From Clostridia bacterium (GTDB lineage: Bacteria > Bacillota > Clostridia > TANB77 > RGIG9151), in assembly GCA_017450465.1 (NCBI GenBank), contig JAFSUW010000007.1:6247-70246 (forward strand): a DNA stretch of 64,000 bases, given 5' to 3'. The translations under genes were made by a program, and so were the position numbers. Positions 1 to 11,542 of the stretch are shown here, one piece after another. Positions within the stretch are counted from its first letter, which is position 1; each line of letters begins with the position of its first letter. The notes under the pieces were generated by a model, which ran no database searches, was not told the DNA's origin, and worked only from the letters and a program-made list of their open reading frames with translations.

Positions 1-473
1 TACATCTGCTTTTAAGTTGTGTAAGTTAAGTAGCATTGTAATAACTTCAGCGTGAGTTATGTGAGCATCTGGCTTAAATATGCCATTGCCATAGCCACTA
101 ACAAGACCAAGCTGTGCTGCAATTTCTATTTGTTGCTTTGCCCAGTGGTCCATAGGAACATCGGTAAATGTGTTAAGTGGTTCTTCCTGAGCTTTCAATT
201 TGTTTTTTGCTGGAAATGAAAATGCAAATAGTATTGCGACCATTTCAGCACGTGTAATTTCTTTTTCTGGCTTAAATGTACCATCAGGGTAACCAGAAAT
301 ATAATCGAATGCTTTTAAGTAAAGTGCAGCATCTTCGTATTTTGTACCAATTACATCAGGAAAGTTTTTGCCTTCGAAGTCGGCTTTTTTATAGGTAAAG
401 CCAGCACCAAAGCATACATTTACCTGAAGTAGCATAGCAGTAATAAATGCTAATGCCCTAAATCTTTTGTTCA
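1..473 (-). CDS. S-layer homology (SLH) domain protein, partial; the gene runs off the window start, so its C-terminus is missing
   Basis: Reverse-complement of 471-473 is ATG, followed by MNKRFRALAFITAMLLQVNVCFGAG (signal-peptide-like). It is followed by SLH-type repeats (FTDVPMDHWAKQQIEIAAQLGLVSGYGNGIFKP; ITRAEMVAILF). Confidence 0.75.
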
Positions 474-612
474 TTTTTACGTCCCCCTTTTATATTAAAC
501 TTCTAATCAAAAATGACATCGGAAAAATTTTAATAAATAATTATAGTTTTTTCAAAAAAAATTTATAAATTTATTATTGGAAAATTGGCAAAATATGTAC
601 ATTTTTTTAATG

Positions 613-1494
613 TTAAAGAATGATATTTTTTATGTCTTCTGGAATATCTGCAAAAAACTCCATTTTTTCATGGGCCACAGGATGTACAAAAGAAACCTTA
701 TAAGCGTGCAGCGCTTGTCTATCTATTAAACTAGACGCAGTATCATAAAGACCATCTCCAAGTATTGGGTGACCTATCGCTTTTGAGTGAACACGTATTT
801 GATGTGTACGTCCTGTTTTTAATACGAACTTCATAAGCGTATTACCATTCTTTAATTTTTTTAAAACTTCAAAATGCGTTACAGCATTTTCACCATCAGG
901 GGCAATTTTCCTTAGCATAATACTATTTTCATCTCGCGTAATTGGAAATGTTATTATACCTTCTTTTTGCCTCACGTCTCCTTTTACCACCGCTATATAT
1001 TCTTTTTCAAAAGTATTTTGTTTCATTTGCTGAGTAAAACTTTCTTGAATGTACTCACTTTTTGCAAAGATTATTAATCCTGTTGTGTCTTTATCTAGTC
1101 GATTTACAAAACGAATTTTCGTATGTATGTTATGCTGGTTTAAGTAAAACTGAACAGCATTTGCAAGTGTGTGTTCTCTATGTAAACAAGTAGGATGAAC
1201 TACTGTGTTAGCAGGTTTATTAATAATAATTAAGTAATCATCTTCAAAAATTATATCTAGCGGTATATTTTCTGGTAAAATCTCTGAAGTTTCATCAAAA
1301 TTTATATCTACAGTAAGTATGTCGTCTGGTTTTAGCAAATAATCTAAGTATATTTCTTTATTATTGCACTTAATACGTTTGTTAAGCTTTAGTTTTCTAG
1401 TAAACCGTTCCGACATTGAAAAATGTGTTTTTAGTACAGTTCGTACTAAGATTTCTTTTGTCGCTTTATAGCGTAATATTTTTTCCATATTCAA
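613..1494 (-). CDS. rluD: RluA-family 23S rRNA pseudouridine synthase (RluD-like) with an N-terminal S4 domain
   Basis: 293-aa ORF with HRLDKDTTGLIIFAKS catalytic motif and an S4-like N-terminus. It is transcribed divergently from rpoB. Confidence 0.8.
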   Translation of the reverse strand: MNMEKILRYKATKEILVRTVLKTHFSMSERFTRKLKLNKRIKCNNKEIYLDYLLKPDDILTVDINFDETSEILPENIPLDIIFEDDYLIIINKPANTVVHPTCLHREHTLANAVQFYLNQHNIHTKIRFVNRLDKDTTGLIIFAKSEYIQESFTQQMKQNTFEKEYIAVVKGDVRQKEGIITFPITRDENSIMLRKIAPDGENAVTHFEVLKKLKNGNTLMKFVLKTGRTHQIRVHSKAIGHPILGDGLYDTASSLIDRQALHAYKVSFVHPVAHEKMEFFADIPEDIKNIIL

Positions 1495-1616
1495 CTCTTT
1501 TTCCGATTTTATAGTCTATTTATATATAATTATACTTTATTTATGCGATTTTGACAATATTTTAACCAAAAATTTTCATTATTATATAGAAAAAAATATC
1601 ATTTAGCGAATAATTC

Positions 1617-1742
1617 TGGCGAAAGAAGGGACGGGGGTAAATGACACAAACAGGGTCAGTTAGCCCCGTCCCATTGAACGCATTTACGTCGAAAGACGTA
1701 TAATGCGAGTGGCGAACTTAAGTTCGCCACTACAAGTTTGCG
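1617..1742 (+). repeat. Structured GC-rich three-hairpin element (family 1, copy 1) in the rpoB 5' leader
   Basis: GAAAGAAGGGACGGGGG opens hairpin 1 (closed by CCCCGTCCC), then CATTGA, hairpin 2, and hairpin 3 AGTGGCGAACTTAAGTTCGCCACT followed by ACAAGTTTG. It is co-linear with the copy at 21472-21595, with compensatory changes in all three stems. Confidence 0.7.
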
Positions 1743-1835
1743 GATATTTCTAACTTTAGATTTACTCGCATAAACATTAATTAATTTAACAAAATTTCTT
1801 CAATTAAAATTTTGAAAAAACTCGTATAAAATATA

Positions 1836-1864
1836 TTGACTTTTCAATATTTTTATTATAAAAT
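1836..1864 (+). promoter_or_regulatory. Candidate sigma-A promoter for rpoBC (TTGACT-17-TAAAAT)
   Basis: TTGACT at 1836-1841 and TAAAAT at 1859-1864 with a 17-nt spacer, upstream of rpoB. Confidence 0.35.
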
Positions 1865-2069
1865 CATAAAATGTATGGTTAGAATGCCTAAGTTTACATA
1901 AAAGTTAAGAAATAAGGACTGATTAGATATTGTATAAAGTGGAGTATTGTTGTAATTAAAGGATGTTAAAGGAACAAGTTAAGATGAAAATCGCTTGCTC
2001 CATTTTGTCGTTCAAATAATATTTACTTTTACAAGAATAATTACCAAAAAGAAGGGATTGATTTTTAGT

Positions 2070-5000
2070 ATGCACAAAATTAAGTTGGGAAAAAATGAAA
2101 GAATGTCTTTCTCAAGAATTCCTGAAAAACTCGAACTACCTAATCTTATTGAGGTACAAAAAGATTCTTACGAATGGTTTGTAAGAGAAGGCCTTCGTGA
2201 AGTATTTAGAGATGTATCTCCAATCACAGATTATACGGGAAATCTAATTCTTGAATTTTTGGATTATTCTATGAAGGATGAACCTAAATATACTATCGCA
2301 GAGTGTAAAGAAAGAGATGCTACATATGCAGCTCCATTAAAAGTTAAAATTAGACTTATAAATAAAGAAACAGGCGAAGTAAAAGAACAAGAAATATTTA
2401 TGGGCGATTTCCCTATCATGACAGACAGTGGAACATTTATCATAAATGGTGCTGAACGTGTTGTTGTAAGTCAGCTTGTTCGTTCACCTGGTGTTTACTA
2501 TGATATGGCATATGATAAAGTTGGTAAAAAACTATTCTCTGCAACTATTATCCCAAATAGAGGTGCATGGATAGAATACGAAACCGACTCTCAAGATATA
2601 TTCTCAGCAAGAATAGATAGAACAAGAAAAGTACCAGTAACAACTTTCTTAAGAGCACTTGGTATTGCAACCGATGCAGAATTTATTGAAATTTTTGGCG
2701 AAGATGAAAAAATCATGGCTACACTTCAAAAAGATCCTGCAAAGACAATAGAAGATGCTTTAATTGAAATATATAGAAGGTTACGTCCTGGTGAACCACC
2801 TACAGTAGATAGTGCAAAGAGCTTACTTATGGCTATGTTCTTCGATCCACGTCGTTATGAAATGGCACGTGTTGGTAGATATAAATATAATAAGAAGTTA
2901 GCTTTAGCAAATCGTATTCGTGGACAGGTAGCAGCAGAAACTATAAAAACTAAAGAACAAGTTTTTGTTAAAGCTGGAGAAGTTATCGATAGACAAACAG
3001 CTATCGATATCCAAAATGCTGGTATAAACGTTGTATATATCGATGTAGAAGGTAAAAAATTAAAAATTATAGGTAACAATACAGTTGATGTTACAAAATA
3101 CATTAAAACTGATTTAAGTGATTTAGGTGTAAAAGGTTATGTTTGCACTGGAGTTTTAATGGAGATTTTAAAAGAAAACAAAAAACAAGCAGATATAATT
3201 GAAGCAGTAAGACAAAGATATGCAGAACTTACACCTGGTGTAATTACTATGGATGATATTATTGCTTCTGTTAACTATTGCTTAAATCTAGAATATGGCA
3301 TTGGCACAACAGATGACATCGACCATTTAGGTAATAGAAGAATTCGTTGTGTTGGTGAATTACTACAAAATCAATTTAGAATTGGTTTATCAAGAATGGA
3401 AAGAGTTATTCGTGAAAGAATGACAATTCAAGACATGGATATTGCAACACCACAAGCGTTAGTAAATATTCGTCCTGTAGCTGCCGCTATTAAAGAATTC
3501 TTTGGTAGCAGCCAGTTATCACAATTCATGGATCAGAATAACCCACTTGCAGAATTAACTCATAAAAGAAGACTTTCTGCTTTAGGTCCTGGTGGTTTAA
3601 GTCGTGAAAGAGCCGGATTCGAAGTTCGTGATATCCACTATTCACACTATGGACGTATGTGCCCAATAGAAACTCCAGAAGGTCCAAACATTGGTCTTAT
3701 TGGTTCACTTGCTACATTTGCAAGAATAAATGAATATGGTTTTATTGAAACACCTTATAGAAAAGTAGATCCAAAAACAGGTGTTGTTACTGATGATATC
3801 GAATATATGGCAGCTGATGAAGAAGATGGTTACATCTTAGCAACAGCAACAGAGCCACTTGATAAAAACAATAAATTTGTAAATCCAAAAACAAAGGTTA
3901 GAAAACGTGCAGAAATCTTAGAGGTAGAAAGTGAAAAGATTGAACTTGTTGACGTTTCACCAAAACAAATCGTTTCAGTTGCTACAGCTATGATACCATT
4001 CCTAGAAAACGATGATGCTAACCGTGCGTTAATGGGTGCAAACATGCAAAGACAGGCAGTGCCTTTAATTAGAACAGATTCTCCAATAGTAGGAACTGGT
4101 ATTGAATATAGGGCTGCTAAAGATTCTGGTGTTTGTATTTGTGCAAAAAATGCAGGAACAGTTGAAAGAGTAACTGCAGATGAAATCACAATTAAGACAA
4201 AAGAAGGAAAAATTGATAGTTATAGATTAGTTAAGTTTAAACGTTCAAACCAAAGCACATGTATAAATCAAAAACCAATTGTTAAGAAAGGTGAAAAAGT
4301 TGCAAAAGGCGACGTAATTGCCGATGGACCAGCAGTAGATAATGGTGAACTTGCACTTGGTAAAAACATTTTAATTGGTTTCATGACTTGGGAAGGTTAT
4401 AACTACGAAGATGCTATTTTAATTAGTGAAAGACTTGTTCGTGAAGATGTATTTACATCAATTCACATTGAGGAATATGAATCAGAATCAAGAGATACAA
4501 AACTTGGACCTGAAGAAATTACTCGTGATATTCCAAACGTTGGTGAAGATGCCTTAAAAGATCTTGATGATCGTGGAATAATTAGAATTGGTGCAGAGGT
4601 ACGTTCTGGCGATATATTAGTAGGTAAAGTTACTCCAAAAGGAGAAACAGAACTTACAGCAGAAGAAAGATTACTTCGTGCAATATTCGGAGAAAAAGCT
4701 CGTGAAGTAAGAGATACTTCACTTAGAGTTCCACATGGTGAAGCTGGTATCATTGTAGATGTTAAGATATTTACAAGAGAAAACGGCGATGAAATGACAC
4801 CAGGTGTTAACGAAATTGTAAGAGTATATATAGCACAAAAAAGAAAGATTTCAGTCGGAGATAAAATGGCTGGACGTCACGGAAATAAAGGTGTTGTATC
4901 AAGAGTATTACCTGAAGAAGATATGCCATTTATGGCAGACGGAACTCCACTTCAAATAGTGTTAAACCCACTAGGCGTTCCTTCTCGTATGAACATAGGT

Positions 5001-5825
5001 CAGGTACTTGAAGTTCACTTAGGATATGCAGCAAAAGCCCTTGGTTTTAAGATTGCAACTCCTGTATTCGATGGCGCAAAAGAAAAAGATATATGGGAAG
5101 CATTAGATGAAGCTGGCTTAAGCCACGATGGTAAGACGACACTTTATGATGGAAGAACTGGAGAGCCATTTGATAGACAAGTAACCGTAGGTTATATGTA
5201 TATGTTAAAACTCCACCATCTTGTAGATGATAAAATCCATGCTCGTTCAACTGGTCCTTACTCACTTGTTACACAACAACCTCTTGGTGGTAAGGCACAA
5301 TTTGGTGGACAGAGATTTGGTGAAATGGAAGTTTGGGCCCTTGAGGCATATGGTGCTGCTTACACACTTCAAGAAATCTTAACAGTAAAATCCGATGACG
5401 TTGTTGGACGTGTTAAGACATATGAAGCAATTGTAAAAGGCGAAAACGTTCCTGAAGCTGGTATTCCAGAATCATTCAGGGTACTTGTAAAAGAACTTCA
5501 AAGTTTGGGATTAGATGTTAAAGTATATTCAGATGAAAATGAAGAAGTTGCAATTAAAGAATGTGTTGAGGATGAACTTGATGACGAACTTTCAGTTAAC
5601 ATGGAAGGCACAGAAGATTTGCAATTTGTTCATCAATACGACGAACCAGCAGGGGATGACATTACTATTGAAAATGAAGATGGCGATGACGAAGACCTTG
5701 AAGATGATGAATTAGATGATGATTTAGGCGGTGCAGATTTAGACTTTAACGATGACTTAAATTTCGAAGACGAAATAAATGAACTTGAAGATACCGATGA
5801 TGACGATACCGACGATGATATCTAA
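2070..5825 (+). CDS. rpoB: DNA-directed RNA polymerase beta subunit
   Basis: N-terminus [30 protein letters not shown] aligns with Firmicute RpoB. The body is canonical ([33 protein letters not shown]; [21 protein letters not shown]), with a roughly 90-aa poly-acidic C-terminal tail. The ORF track opens at 1995; the in-frame ATG at 2070 is the preferred start. Confidence 0.95.
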   Translation: MHKIKLGKNERMSFSRIPEKLELPNLIEVQKDSYEWFVREGLREVFRDVSPITDYTGNLILEFLDYSMKDEPKYTIAECKERDATYAAPLKVKIRLINKETGEVKEQEIFMGDFPIMTDSGTFIINGAERVVVSQLVRSPGVYYDMAYDKVGKKLFSATIIPNRGAWIEYETDSQDIFSARIDRTRKVPVTTFLRALGIATDAEFIEIFGEDEKIMATLQKDPAKTIEDALIEIYRRLRPGEPPTVDSAKSLLMAMFFDPRRYEMARVGRYKYNKKLALANRIRGQVAAETIKTKEQVFVKAGEVIDRQTAIDIQNAGINVVYIDVEGKKLKIIGNNTVDVTKYIKTDLSDLGVKGYVCTGVLMEILKENKKQADIIEAVRQRYAELTPGVITMDDIIASVNYCLNLEYGIGTTDDIDHLGNRRIRCVGELLQNQFRIGLSRMERVIRERMTIQDMDIATPQALVNIRPVAAAIKEFFGSSQLSQFMDQNNPLAELTHKRRLSALGPGGLSRERAGFEVRDIHYSHYGRMCPIETPEGPNIGLIGSLATFARINEYGFIETPYRKVDPKTGVVTDDIEYMAADEEDGYILATATEPLDKNNKFVNPKTKVRKRAEILEVESEKIELVDVSPKQIVSVATAMIPFLENDDANRALMGANMQRQAVPLIRTDSPIVGTGIEYRAAKDSGVCICAKNAGTVERVTADEITIKTKEGKIDSYRLVKFKRSNQSTCINQKPIVKKGEKVAKGDVIADGPAVDNGELALGKNILIGFMTWEGYNYEDAILISERLVREDVFTSIHIEEYESESRDTKLGPEEITRDIPNVGEDALKDLDDRGIIRIGAEVRSGDILVGKVTPKGETELTAEERLLRAIFGEKAREVRDTSLRVPHGEAGIIVDVKIFTRENGDEMTPGVNEIVRVYIAQKRKISVGDKMAGRHGNKGVVSRVLPEEDMPFMADGTPLQIVLNPLGVPSRMNIGQVLEVHLGYAAKALGFKIATPVFDGAKEKDIWEALDEAGLSHDGKTTLYDGRTGEPFDRQVTVGYMYMLKLHHLVDDKIHARSTGPYSLVTQQPLGGKAQFGGQRFGEMEVWALEAYGAAYTLQEILTVKSDDVVGRVKTYEAIVKGENVPEAGIPESFRVLVKELQSLGLDVKVYSDENEEVAIKECVEDELDDELSVNMEGTEDLQFVHQYDEPAGDDITIENEDGDDEDLEDDELDDDLGGADLDFNDDLNFEDEINELEDTDDDDTDDDI

Positions 5826-5878
5826 TAAAATTCATTAATTGATTTGTTTAATGTATTTTGAAAGTAGGAGGAAAATGT

Positions 5879-8800
5879 ATGTTTGAATTGAACAATTTTG
5901 ATAGCATCAAAATAAGTCTTGCTTCACCAGAGAAAATAAGAGAGTGGTCTAAGGGCGAAGTAAAAAAGCCTGAAACAATAAACTATAGAACATTAAAGCC
6001 AGAACGTGATGGACTTTTCTGTGAAAGAATATTTGGACCACAAAAAGACTGGGAATGTCATTGCGGTAAGTATAAAAGAGTAAGATATAAAGGTATTATT
6101 TGTGATCGATGTGGTGTTGAAGTTACAAAATCTAAAGTAAGACGTGAAAGAATGGGGCATATTGAACTTGCTGCTCCAGTATCACATATTTGGTACTTCA
6201 AAGGAATACCAAGTAGAATGGGCTTAATTTTAGATATTTCACCAAGAGCATTAGAAAAAGTTTTATATTTTGCTTCATATATTGTTATGGATGCTGGTAA
6301 TACAGGTCTTATGAAGAAACAATTACTTAGTGAAAAAGAATATAAAGAAGCAGTAGAACAGTACGGAAAAGATGCATTTAAAGTATCTATTGGTGCTGAA
6401 GCAATAAGAGATTTATTAAAAGAAATTAACCTAGAAGAATTATCTGCTGAACTTCATGAAGAAATGGCAAGTTCTTCAGGTCAAAAGAAAATAAAAGTTA
6501 TAAAAAGATTAGAAGTTGTAGACGCATTTAGGTTATCTGGCAACAGACCTGAGTGGATGATTATGGATGTTATTCCTGTAATTCCACCAGATTTAAGACC
6601 TATGGTACAGCTAGATGGTGGTAGATTTGCGACATCTGATTTAAACGATTTATACAGAAGAGTTATAAATAGAAATAACAGATTAAAACGTTTACTTGAT
6701 CTTGGAGCACCTGAAATCATTGTAAGAAATGAAAAGAGAATGTTACAAGAAGCAGTAGATGCGTTAATAGATAATGGTAGACGTGGAAGACCTGTAACAG
6801 GCCCTGGTAACAGACCATTAAAATCTTTATCAGACTTGTTAAAAGGAAAACAAGGTAGATTTAGACAAAACCTACTTGGTAAACGTGTTGACTACTCTGG
6901 ACGTTCAGTTATCGTAGTTGGTCCTGAACTTAAGATTTATCAATGCGGTGTTCCAAAGGAAATTGCAATAGAATTATTCAAACCATTTGTTATGAAACGC
7001 CTTGTTGAAAATGGTTTAGCACACAATATAAAGAGTGCAAAGAGAATGGTAGAACGTGTAAAACCAGAAGTATGGGATATATTAGAGGAAGTTATTAAAG
7101 AACATCCTGTAATGTTAAACCGTGCACCTACACTACATAGACTTGGTGTTCAAGCATTCGAGCCAGTATTAGTAGAAGGTAGAGCATTAAAACTTCACCC
7201 ACTTGTTTGTACAGCATTTAACGCCGACTTCGATGGTGACCAGATGGCTATCCACATTCCACTATCTGCAGAAGCACAAGCAGAAACAAGATACTTAATG
7301 TTATCTGCAAATAACTTGTTAAAACCACAAGATGGTAAACCAGTAACAGTTCCTACACAGGATATGGTTTTAGGTAGTTACTATTTAACAATCGTTCGTG
7401 AAGGAGCTAAAGGTGAAGGTACAATCTATAGTGATAAAGACCAAGCATTTATGGCTTATCAATGTGGAGATATTTCACTTCAAGCTGAAATATATGTAAG
7501 ATTTAAGAAAGAAATTGATGGAGTTGTTAAATCAAAAGTAATCAAAACAACAATGGGCAAAATAATATTTAACGAATCTATTCCTCAAGATTTAGGTTTT
7601 GTTGATAGATCAGACCCAGAAAAACAATTCGATTTAGAAATTGATTTCTTAGTAGATAAAAAAGCACTTGGAAAAATTATAGACAAATGTATTAGAAAAC
7701 ACGGCTTTACAGTATCTTCAAGCGTTGTTGATAAAATTAAAGCAACAGGTTTTAAGTATTCAACACGTGGTGCTATCACAGTTGGTGTAAGTGATATGCA
7801 GGTTCCGGATGTTAAGGAGAAGAAGATTAAAGAAGCCGAAGATAAAATTGAAGTTATCACAAAGCAATATAGACGTGGTTTAATATCAAATGAAGAAAGA
7901 TCAAAATCTGTAATTGCTATTTGGACAGAAACAATTGATGAAATTACAAAAGCATTGATGGATGGACTAGATAGGTTAAATCCAGTTTACATGATGGCTC
8001 ACTCAGGTGCCCGTGGTAACGTTAACCAGATTAGACAGTTAGCCGGTATCCGTGGACTTATGGCAGATACATCAGGTAAAACAGTTGAAATTCCTATTCG
8101 TTCAAACTTAAGAGAAGGTCTTGACGTGCTAGAGTACTTCATTTCATCCCACGGTTCTAGAAAAGGTTTAGCAGATACAGCACTTCGTACAGCAGACTCT
8201 GGTTACTTAACACGTCGTTTGGTTGATGTCAGCCAAGATGTAATTATAAGAGAAAAAGACTGTGGAACAAGTCGTGGTATTTGGGTTGAAGCAATTAAAG
8301 AAGGTAATGAAACAATCGAACCATTAGCAGAAAGAATTGCAGGAAGAACAGCATTAGTTGATGTTATAAATCCAGAGACCAAAGAAGTTATAGTTCCAGG
8401 TGATACAATAATCACAGTAGCAAAAGCTGATGAAATAGTGAAAGCAGGTATTACAAAAGTACAAATTCGTTCAACACTTACATGTCACTCAGAATATGGT
8501 GTATGTGCAAAATGTTATGGAACAAACTTAGCAACAGGTGCTGAGATGAATGTTGGTGAAGCAGTTGGTATAATTGCTGCACAATCAATCGGTGAACCTG
8601 GTACACAGCTTACAATGAGAACGTTCCATACTGGTGGTGTTGCCGGTGGCGATATTACACAAGGTCTTCCTCGTGTAGAGGAAATTTTTGAAGCAAGAAA
8701 ACCAAAGGGACTTGCTGTAATCACTGAAATAAACGGTAAAGTTACAATAAGTGACGTTAAGAAAAAACGTGAAGTTACTGTAACAGATGATGAAACAGGC

Positions 8801-9415
8801 GATTCAAAGACATATTTAATACCATTTGGTTCAAGACTTAAAGTTCATGAAGGCGATGTAATTGAAGCAGGTGACGAACTTACAGAAGGTTCAGTAAATC
8901 CACACGATATCTTAAGAATTAAAGGTGTTGATGGAGTTCAATTATATATGCTTCGTGAAGTTCAAAAAGTTTATAGAATGCAGGGTGTTGATATAAACGA
9001 TAAGCACATTGAAGTAATAGTAAGACAAATGCTTAAGAAGATAAAGATAGATGATTCAGGAGATACAAACTTACTCCCTGGAACATTAGTAGATATCTTC
9101 GAATTTGAAACAATCAATAACAAGATTATTGAAGAAGGCGGAGCTCCTGCAAAAGGAAAACAAGCATTACTTGGTATTACAAAAGCAGCTTTAAGTACAG
9201 ATTCATTCTTATCAGCAGCATCATTCCAGGAAACAACAAGAGTACTTACTGATGCAGCAATAAAAGGTAAGATAGATCCACTCGTAGGACTTAAAGAAAA
9301 CGTAATCATCGGTAAATTAATACCAGCTGGTACAGGTATGAGTAGATATAAAGATATTACAATAAGTACTGCTCATGATGAAGAAAATACTAGTGATGAT
9401 GGAGAATTATATTAA
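5879..9415 (+). CDS. rpoC: DNA-directed RNA polymerase beta' subunit
   Basis: AGGAGG at 5865-5870 then ATG at 5879 ([23 protein letters not shown]). It has the zinc-finger CxxC...CxxC and the NADFDGD active-site motif. Confidence 0.95.
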   Translation: MFELNNFDSIKISLASPEKIREWSKGEVKKPETINYRTLKPERDGLFCERIFGPQKDWECHCGKYKRVRYKGIICDRCGVEVTKSKVRRERMGHIELAAPVSHIWYFKGIPSRMGLILDISPRALEKVLYFASYIVMDAGNTGLMKKQLLSEKEYKEAVEQYGKDAFKVSIGAEAIRDLLKEINLEELSAELHEEMASSSGQKKIKVIKRLEVVDAFRLSGNRPEWMIMDVIPVIPPDLRPMVQLDGGRFATSDLNDLYRRVINRNNRLKRLLDLGAPEIIVRNEKRMLQEAVDALIDNGRRGRPVTGPGNRPLKSLSDLLKGKQGRFRQNLLGKRVDYSGRSVIVVGPELKIYQCGVPKEIAIELFKPFVMKRLVENGLAHNIKSAKRMVERVKPEVWDILEEVIKEHPVMLNRAPTLHRLGVQAFEPVLVEGRALKLHPLVCTAFNADFDGDQMAIHIPLSAEAQAETRYLMLSANNLLKPQDGKPVTVPTQDMVLGSYYLTIVREGAKGEGTIYSDKDQAFMAYQCGDISLQAEIYVRFKKEIDGVVKSKVIKTTMGKIIFNESIPQDLGFVDRSDPEKQFDLEIDFLVDKKALGKIIDKCIRKHGFTVSSSVVDKIKATGFKYSTRGAITVGVSDMQVPDVKEKKIKEAEDKIEVITKQYRRGLISNEERSKSVIAIWTETIDEITKALMDGLDRLNPVYMMAHSGARGNVNQIRQLAGIRGLMADTSGKTVEIPIRSNLREGLDVLEYFISSHGSRKGLADTALRTADSGYLTRRLVDVSQDVIIREKDCGTSRGIWVEAIKEGNETIEPLAERIAGRTALVDVINPETKEVIVPGDTIITVAKADEIVKAGITKVQIRSTLTCHSEYGVCAKCYGTNLATGAEMNVGEAVGIIAAQSIGEPGTQLTMRTFHTGGVAGGDITQGLPRVEEIFEARKPKGLAVITEINGKVTISDVKKKREVTVTDDETGDSKTYLIPFGSRLKVHEGDVIEAGDELTEGSVNPHDILRIKGVDGVQLYMLREVQKVYRMQGVDINDKHIEVIVRQMLKKIKIDDSGDTNLLPGTLVDIFEFETINNKIIEEGGAPAKGKQALLGITKAALSTDSFLSAASFQETTRVLTDAAIKGKIDPLVGLKENVIIGKLIPAGTGMSRYKDITISTAHDEENTSDDGELY

Positions 9416-9424
9416 AACAAAAAA

Positions 9425-9450
9425 ATGCGAATGGAAATTCGCATTTTTTA
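9425..9450 (+). terminator. Rho-independent terminator after rpoC
   Basis: Hairpin ATGCGAATGGAAATTCGCAT followed by TTTTTTAT. Confidence 0.7.
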
Positions 9451-9488
9451 TGTTTAAAATTAAAATATTGACCGATATATGAAATGAG

Positions 9489-11297
9489 GTGGTTTTTGTG
9501 GAAGAAATAAATGATGTAGCTAGCTCTTTTTTGAAAGAGGTAGATAAAATTTTAAATAGTCGAAATACTGATATAGCAAGTGAATTAACAAAATTATTGG
9601 ACCAAATAGATAGTGACTTAAGTAAAATAAGTGCTGAAAAACGAGCTATAGTTAAGCAGTTAATTAATGAATCTATAGTTGAAATAAAAAGATATGTTAA
9701 TAAACAAGATGATAAAGTGCGTAATGGCATTCAAATAGCTGTAAAACGTAATTTATCTCAAGCAGAAGAACAAGAAGATATTGATGATCAAAAAAAACAT
9801 GTAAACAGTTTAGAAGTAAATATGACTAGTAGTAAAAATGATGGCAAGATTGATTCTGAACATGTAAGATCGTATATTCTAGAAGCTTTATATCATAAAA
9901 TAGATATAAATTTAGATCCAGGGGATATATCTTCAGCTACTGGAAGAGAAGATATTTTTGCTACACTAACTAGAGCAAGTAAAATAATAAGTGAAGCAGG
10001 AGATCTTGATGTTATAAAACTTGCTGTAAAAAGAAACATAAATCTTTTTTTAGAAAAATTAAATGAGTATTCTAGAGCATCAGATTCTAAATTAGAAGAA
10101 GCAATTAAAGATTTTTGTGATAAATTGAAGATGCAAGTAAAAGAAGCTGAAATTGATAGTTCAGAGCATAAAGAAGAACGAATAGATGGAGAAGAACCAA
10201 CAGGCAATCGTTTTGGATTAAAAAAAGGTGCCACTTCAGAATTATCTGTTGAAGTACCAGAGCAAGAAGAAGGTATGGAAGTTGGGAAAGAAACAATGGG
10301 AACAAGTGTTGAAGTGCCAGAACAAAGACCAGAAAATACAAGGGAGTTTTCAATAAAGGCAAGTGATATATTTCCAGGAGAGGAAACAGGAATTGATGTG
10401 CCAGAAGAAAGAGAAGGCACTACAGGAAAAAGATTAGATCCAATAGATATATTTCCAAGAGAGGAAGCAGGAGTTGAAGTACCAGAGGAAAGAGAAGGGA
10501 CAACAGGAAAAAGATTAGATCCAATAGATATATTTCCAAGAGAGGAAGCAGGAGTTGAAGTACCAGAGGAAAGAGAAGGGACAACAGGGAAAAGATTAGA
10601 TTCAAGTGATATATTTCCAGGAGAGGAAGCAGGAGTTGAAGTACCAGAGGAAAGAGAAGGTACAGCAGGAGAAACACTGGATGCAAGTAATAGAGTGGTT
10701 GAAGTACCTGAAGAGGGATATGGAATAGATGATAACAATTCTGAATTAGCACGTTTAAAAGCTGAATTAGAAAAAGAAAGAGTAGCAAGAGAAAACGCTG
10801 AACGAGAAAACGCCGAACTAAAAAAATCTAATGCAGAATTAAATTCTGAATTAGTAGTTAGAATAGACGAAAATGGAAGTTTAAGAGCAAGCTTAAAAGA
10901 AAGGAAAGAACAAATTGCTGGGTTAACTCATGATTTAGAAGTTATGAAAGGGGAAAATACTACATTAAGAGGTATAAATGATAACTTACGAGAAAAAAGT
11001 TCTAATTCACAAGAACAATATGAAAATGCAGCCACAATTGTTATAGGTCTTAGCGGTGAAGTGACAAGGTTAACGGATGAATTAAATGATGCTAAAAAAC
11101 AAATAGCTGGGACAAAAGCAGATGCTGAGAAACAAGTAGCTGAAGCAAAAGCTGAAACGAGAGCTACAGTTGCTAAGTCAAAAGAATTTTTTAACTTTGT
11201 AATGAAGTTAGTTAATGAGTTATCAAATTCAAAAAATCCATTACATAGAAAAACAGGTATAGAATTATCAGAAAAAATTGGTGAGTTTGAACATTAA
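9489..11297 (+). CDS. Hypothetical cytoplasmic acidic protein with 27-aa tandem repeats and a C-terminal coiled coil
   Basis: GTG start (9489 or 9498) after GAGGTGG. The unit EVPEEREGTTGKRLDPIDIFPREEAGV is repeated 4 times. The C-terminal region ELARLKAELEKERVARENAERENAELKKSNAELNSEL is coiled-coil-like. There is no signal peptide or TM segment. Confidence 0.6.
   Translation: MVFVEEINDVASSFLKEVDKILNSRNTDIASELTKLLDQIDSDLSKISAEKRAIVKQLINESIVEIKRYVNKQDDKVRNGIQIAVKRNLSQAEEQEDIDDQKKHVNSLEVNMTSSKNDGKIDSEHVRSYILEALYHKIDINLDPGDISSATGREDIFATLTRASKIISEAGDLDVIKLAVKRNINLFLEKLNEYSRASDSKLEEAIKDFCDKLKMQVKEAEIDSSEHKEERIDGEEPTGNRFGLKKGATSELSVEVPEQEEGMEVGKETMGTSVEVPEQRPENTREFSIKASDIFPGEETGIDVPEEREGTTGKRLDPIDIFPREEAGVEVPEEREGTTGKRLDPIDIFPREEAGVEVPEEREGTTGKRLDSSDIFPGEEAGVEVPEEREGTAGETLDASNRVVEVPEEGYGIDDNNSELARLKAELEKERVARENAERENAELKKSNAELNSELVVRIDENGSLRASLKERKEQIAGLTHDLEVMKGENTTLRGINDNLREKSSNSQEQYENAATIVIGLSGEVTRLTDELNDAKKQIAGTKADAEKQVAEAKAETRATVAKSKEFFNFVMKLVNELSNSKNPLHRKTGIELSEKIGEFEH
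10366..10720 (+). repeat. 81-nt near-perfect tandem repeat (about 4.3 copies) inside the 9489-11297 CDS
   Basis: The unit ACAACAGGAAAAAGATTAGATCCAATAGATATATTTCCAAGAGAGGAAGCAGGAGTTGAAGTACCAGAGGAAAGAGAAGGG repeats at 10420, 10500 and 10581, with partial copies flanking. This repeat explains the antisense ORFs 9893-10738 and 10420-10788. Confidence 0.85.
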
Positions 11298-11346
11298 TAA
11301 ATTATTGTTTGTTGGGGAGAATTTTTAATATGAAATATTAAAAATT

Positions 11347-11434
11347 CTGTAGGGGCGAACTGTGTTCGCCCACAAAAAAGAGTCAATTTATTGGTGCGGG
11401 AGACCACGGGTCTCCCCTACATTAGTTTGATAAA
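11347..11434 (+). repeat. GC-rich double-hairpin element (family 2, copy 1) between the repeat protein and ruvB
   Basis: CTGTAGGGG + hairpin GGCGAAC-TGT-GTTCGCC + CAC + spacer + hairpin GGGAGACC-ACG-GGTCTCCC + CTACATTAGTTTGATAA. It has the same architecture as 45539-45617 with different stem sequences. Confidence 0.7.
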
Positions 11435-11542
11435 TCATTATAAATAGAAATTCAATCATCCCGATAAACAATAATTTGTATACTTGAACAAAATTTCTTA
11501 ATCATATATAATACAAATATAAAACGATTAAGGAGAAAACTA

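Noticed and set aside
5530-5825. Approximately 90-aa poly-acidic C-terminal tail of RpoB as an anomaly.
   Set aside because: Acidic C-terminal extensions of beta are common in Firmicutes (B. subtilis has one), so it is not unusual on its own.
2855-9309. Antisense ORFs inside rpoB and rpoC (2855-3103, 3830-4189, 4463-4753, 5047-5265, 6481-6720, 7585-7860, 8203-8415, 8515-8724, 8971-9309) and the sense-strand, out-of-frame ORF 5515-5715.
   Set aside because: They lie entirely within highly conserved rpoB/rpoC coding sequence (all but 5515-5715 on the opposite strand). They have no RBS and low-complexity translations, so they are frame artefacts.
9407-10788. Minus-strand ORFs 9407-9730, 9893-10738 and 10420-10788, and plus-strand 10105-10362 (-).
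   Set aside because: They are produced by the 81-nt tandem repeat and AT-rich sequence inside the 9489-11297 gene. Their translations are Ser/Leu-rich repeats mirroring the sense-strand repeat.
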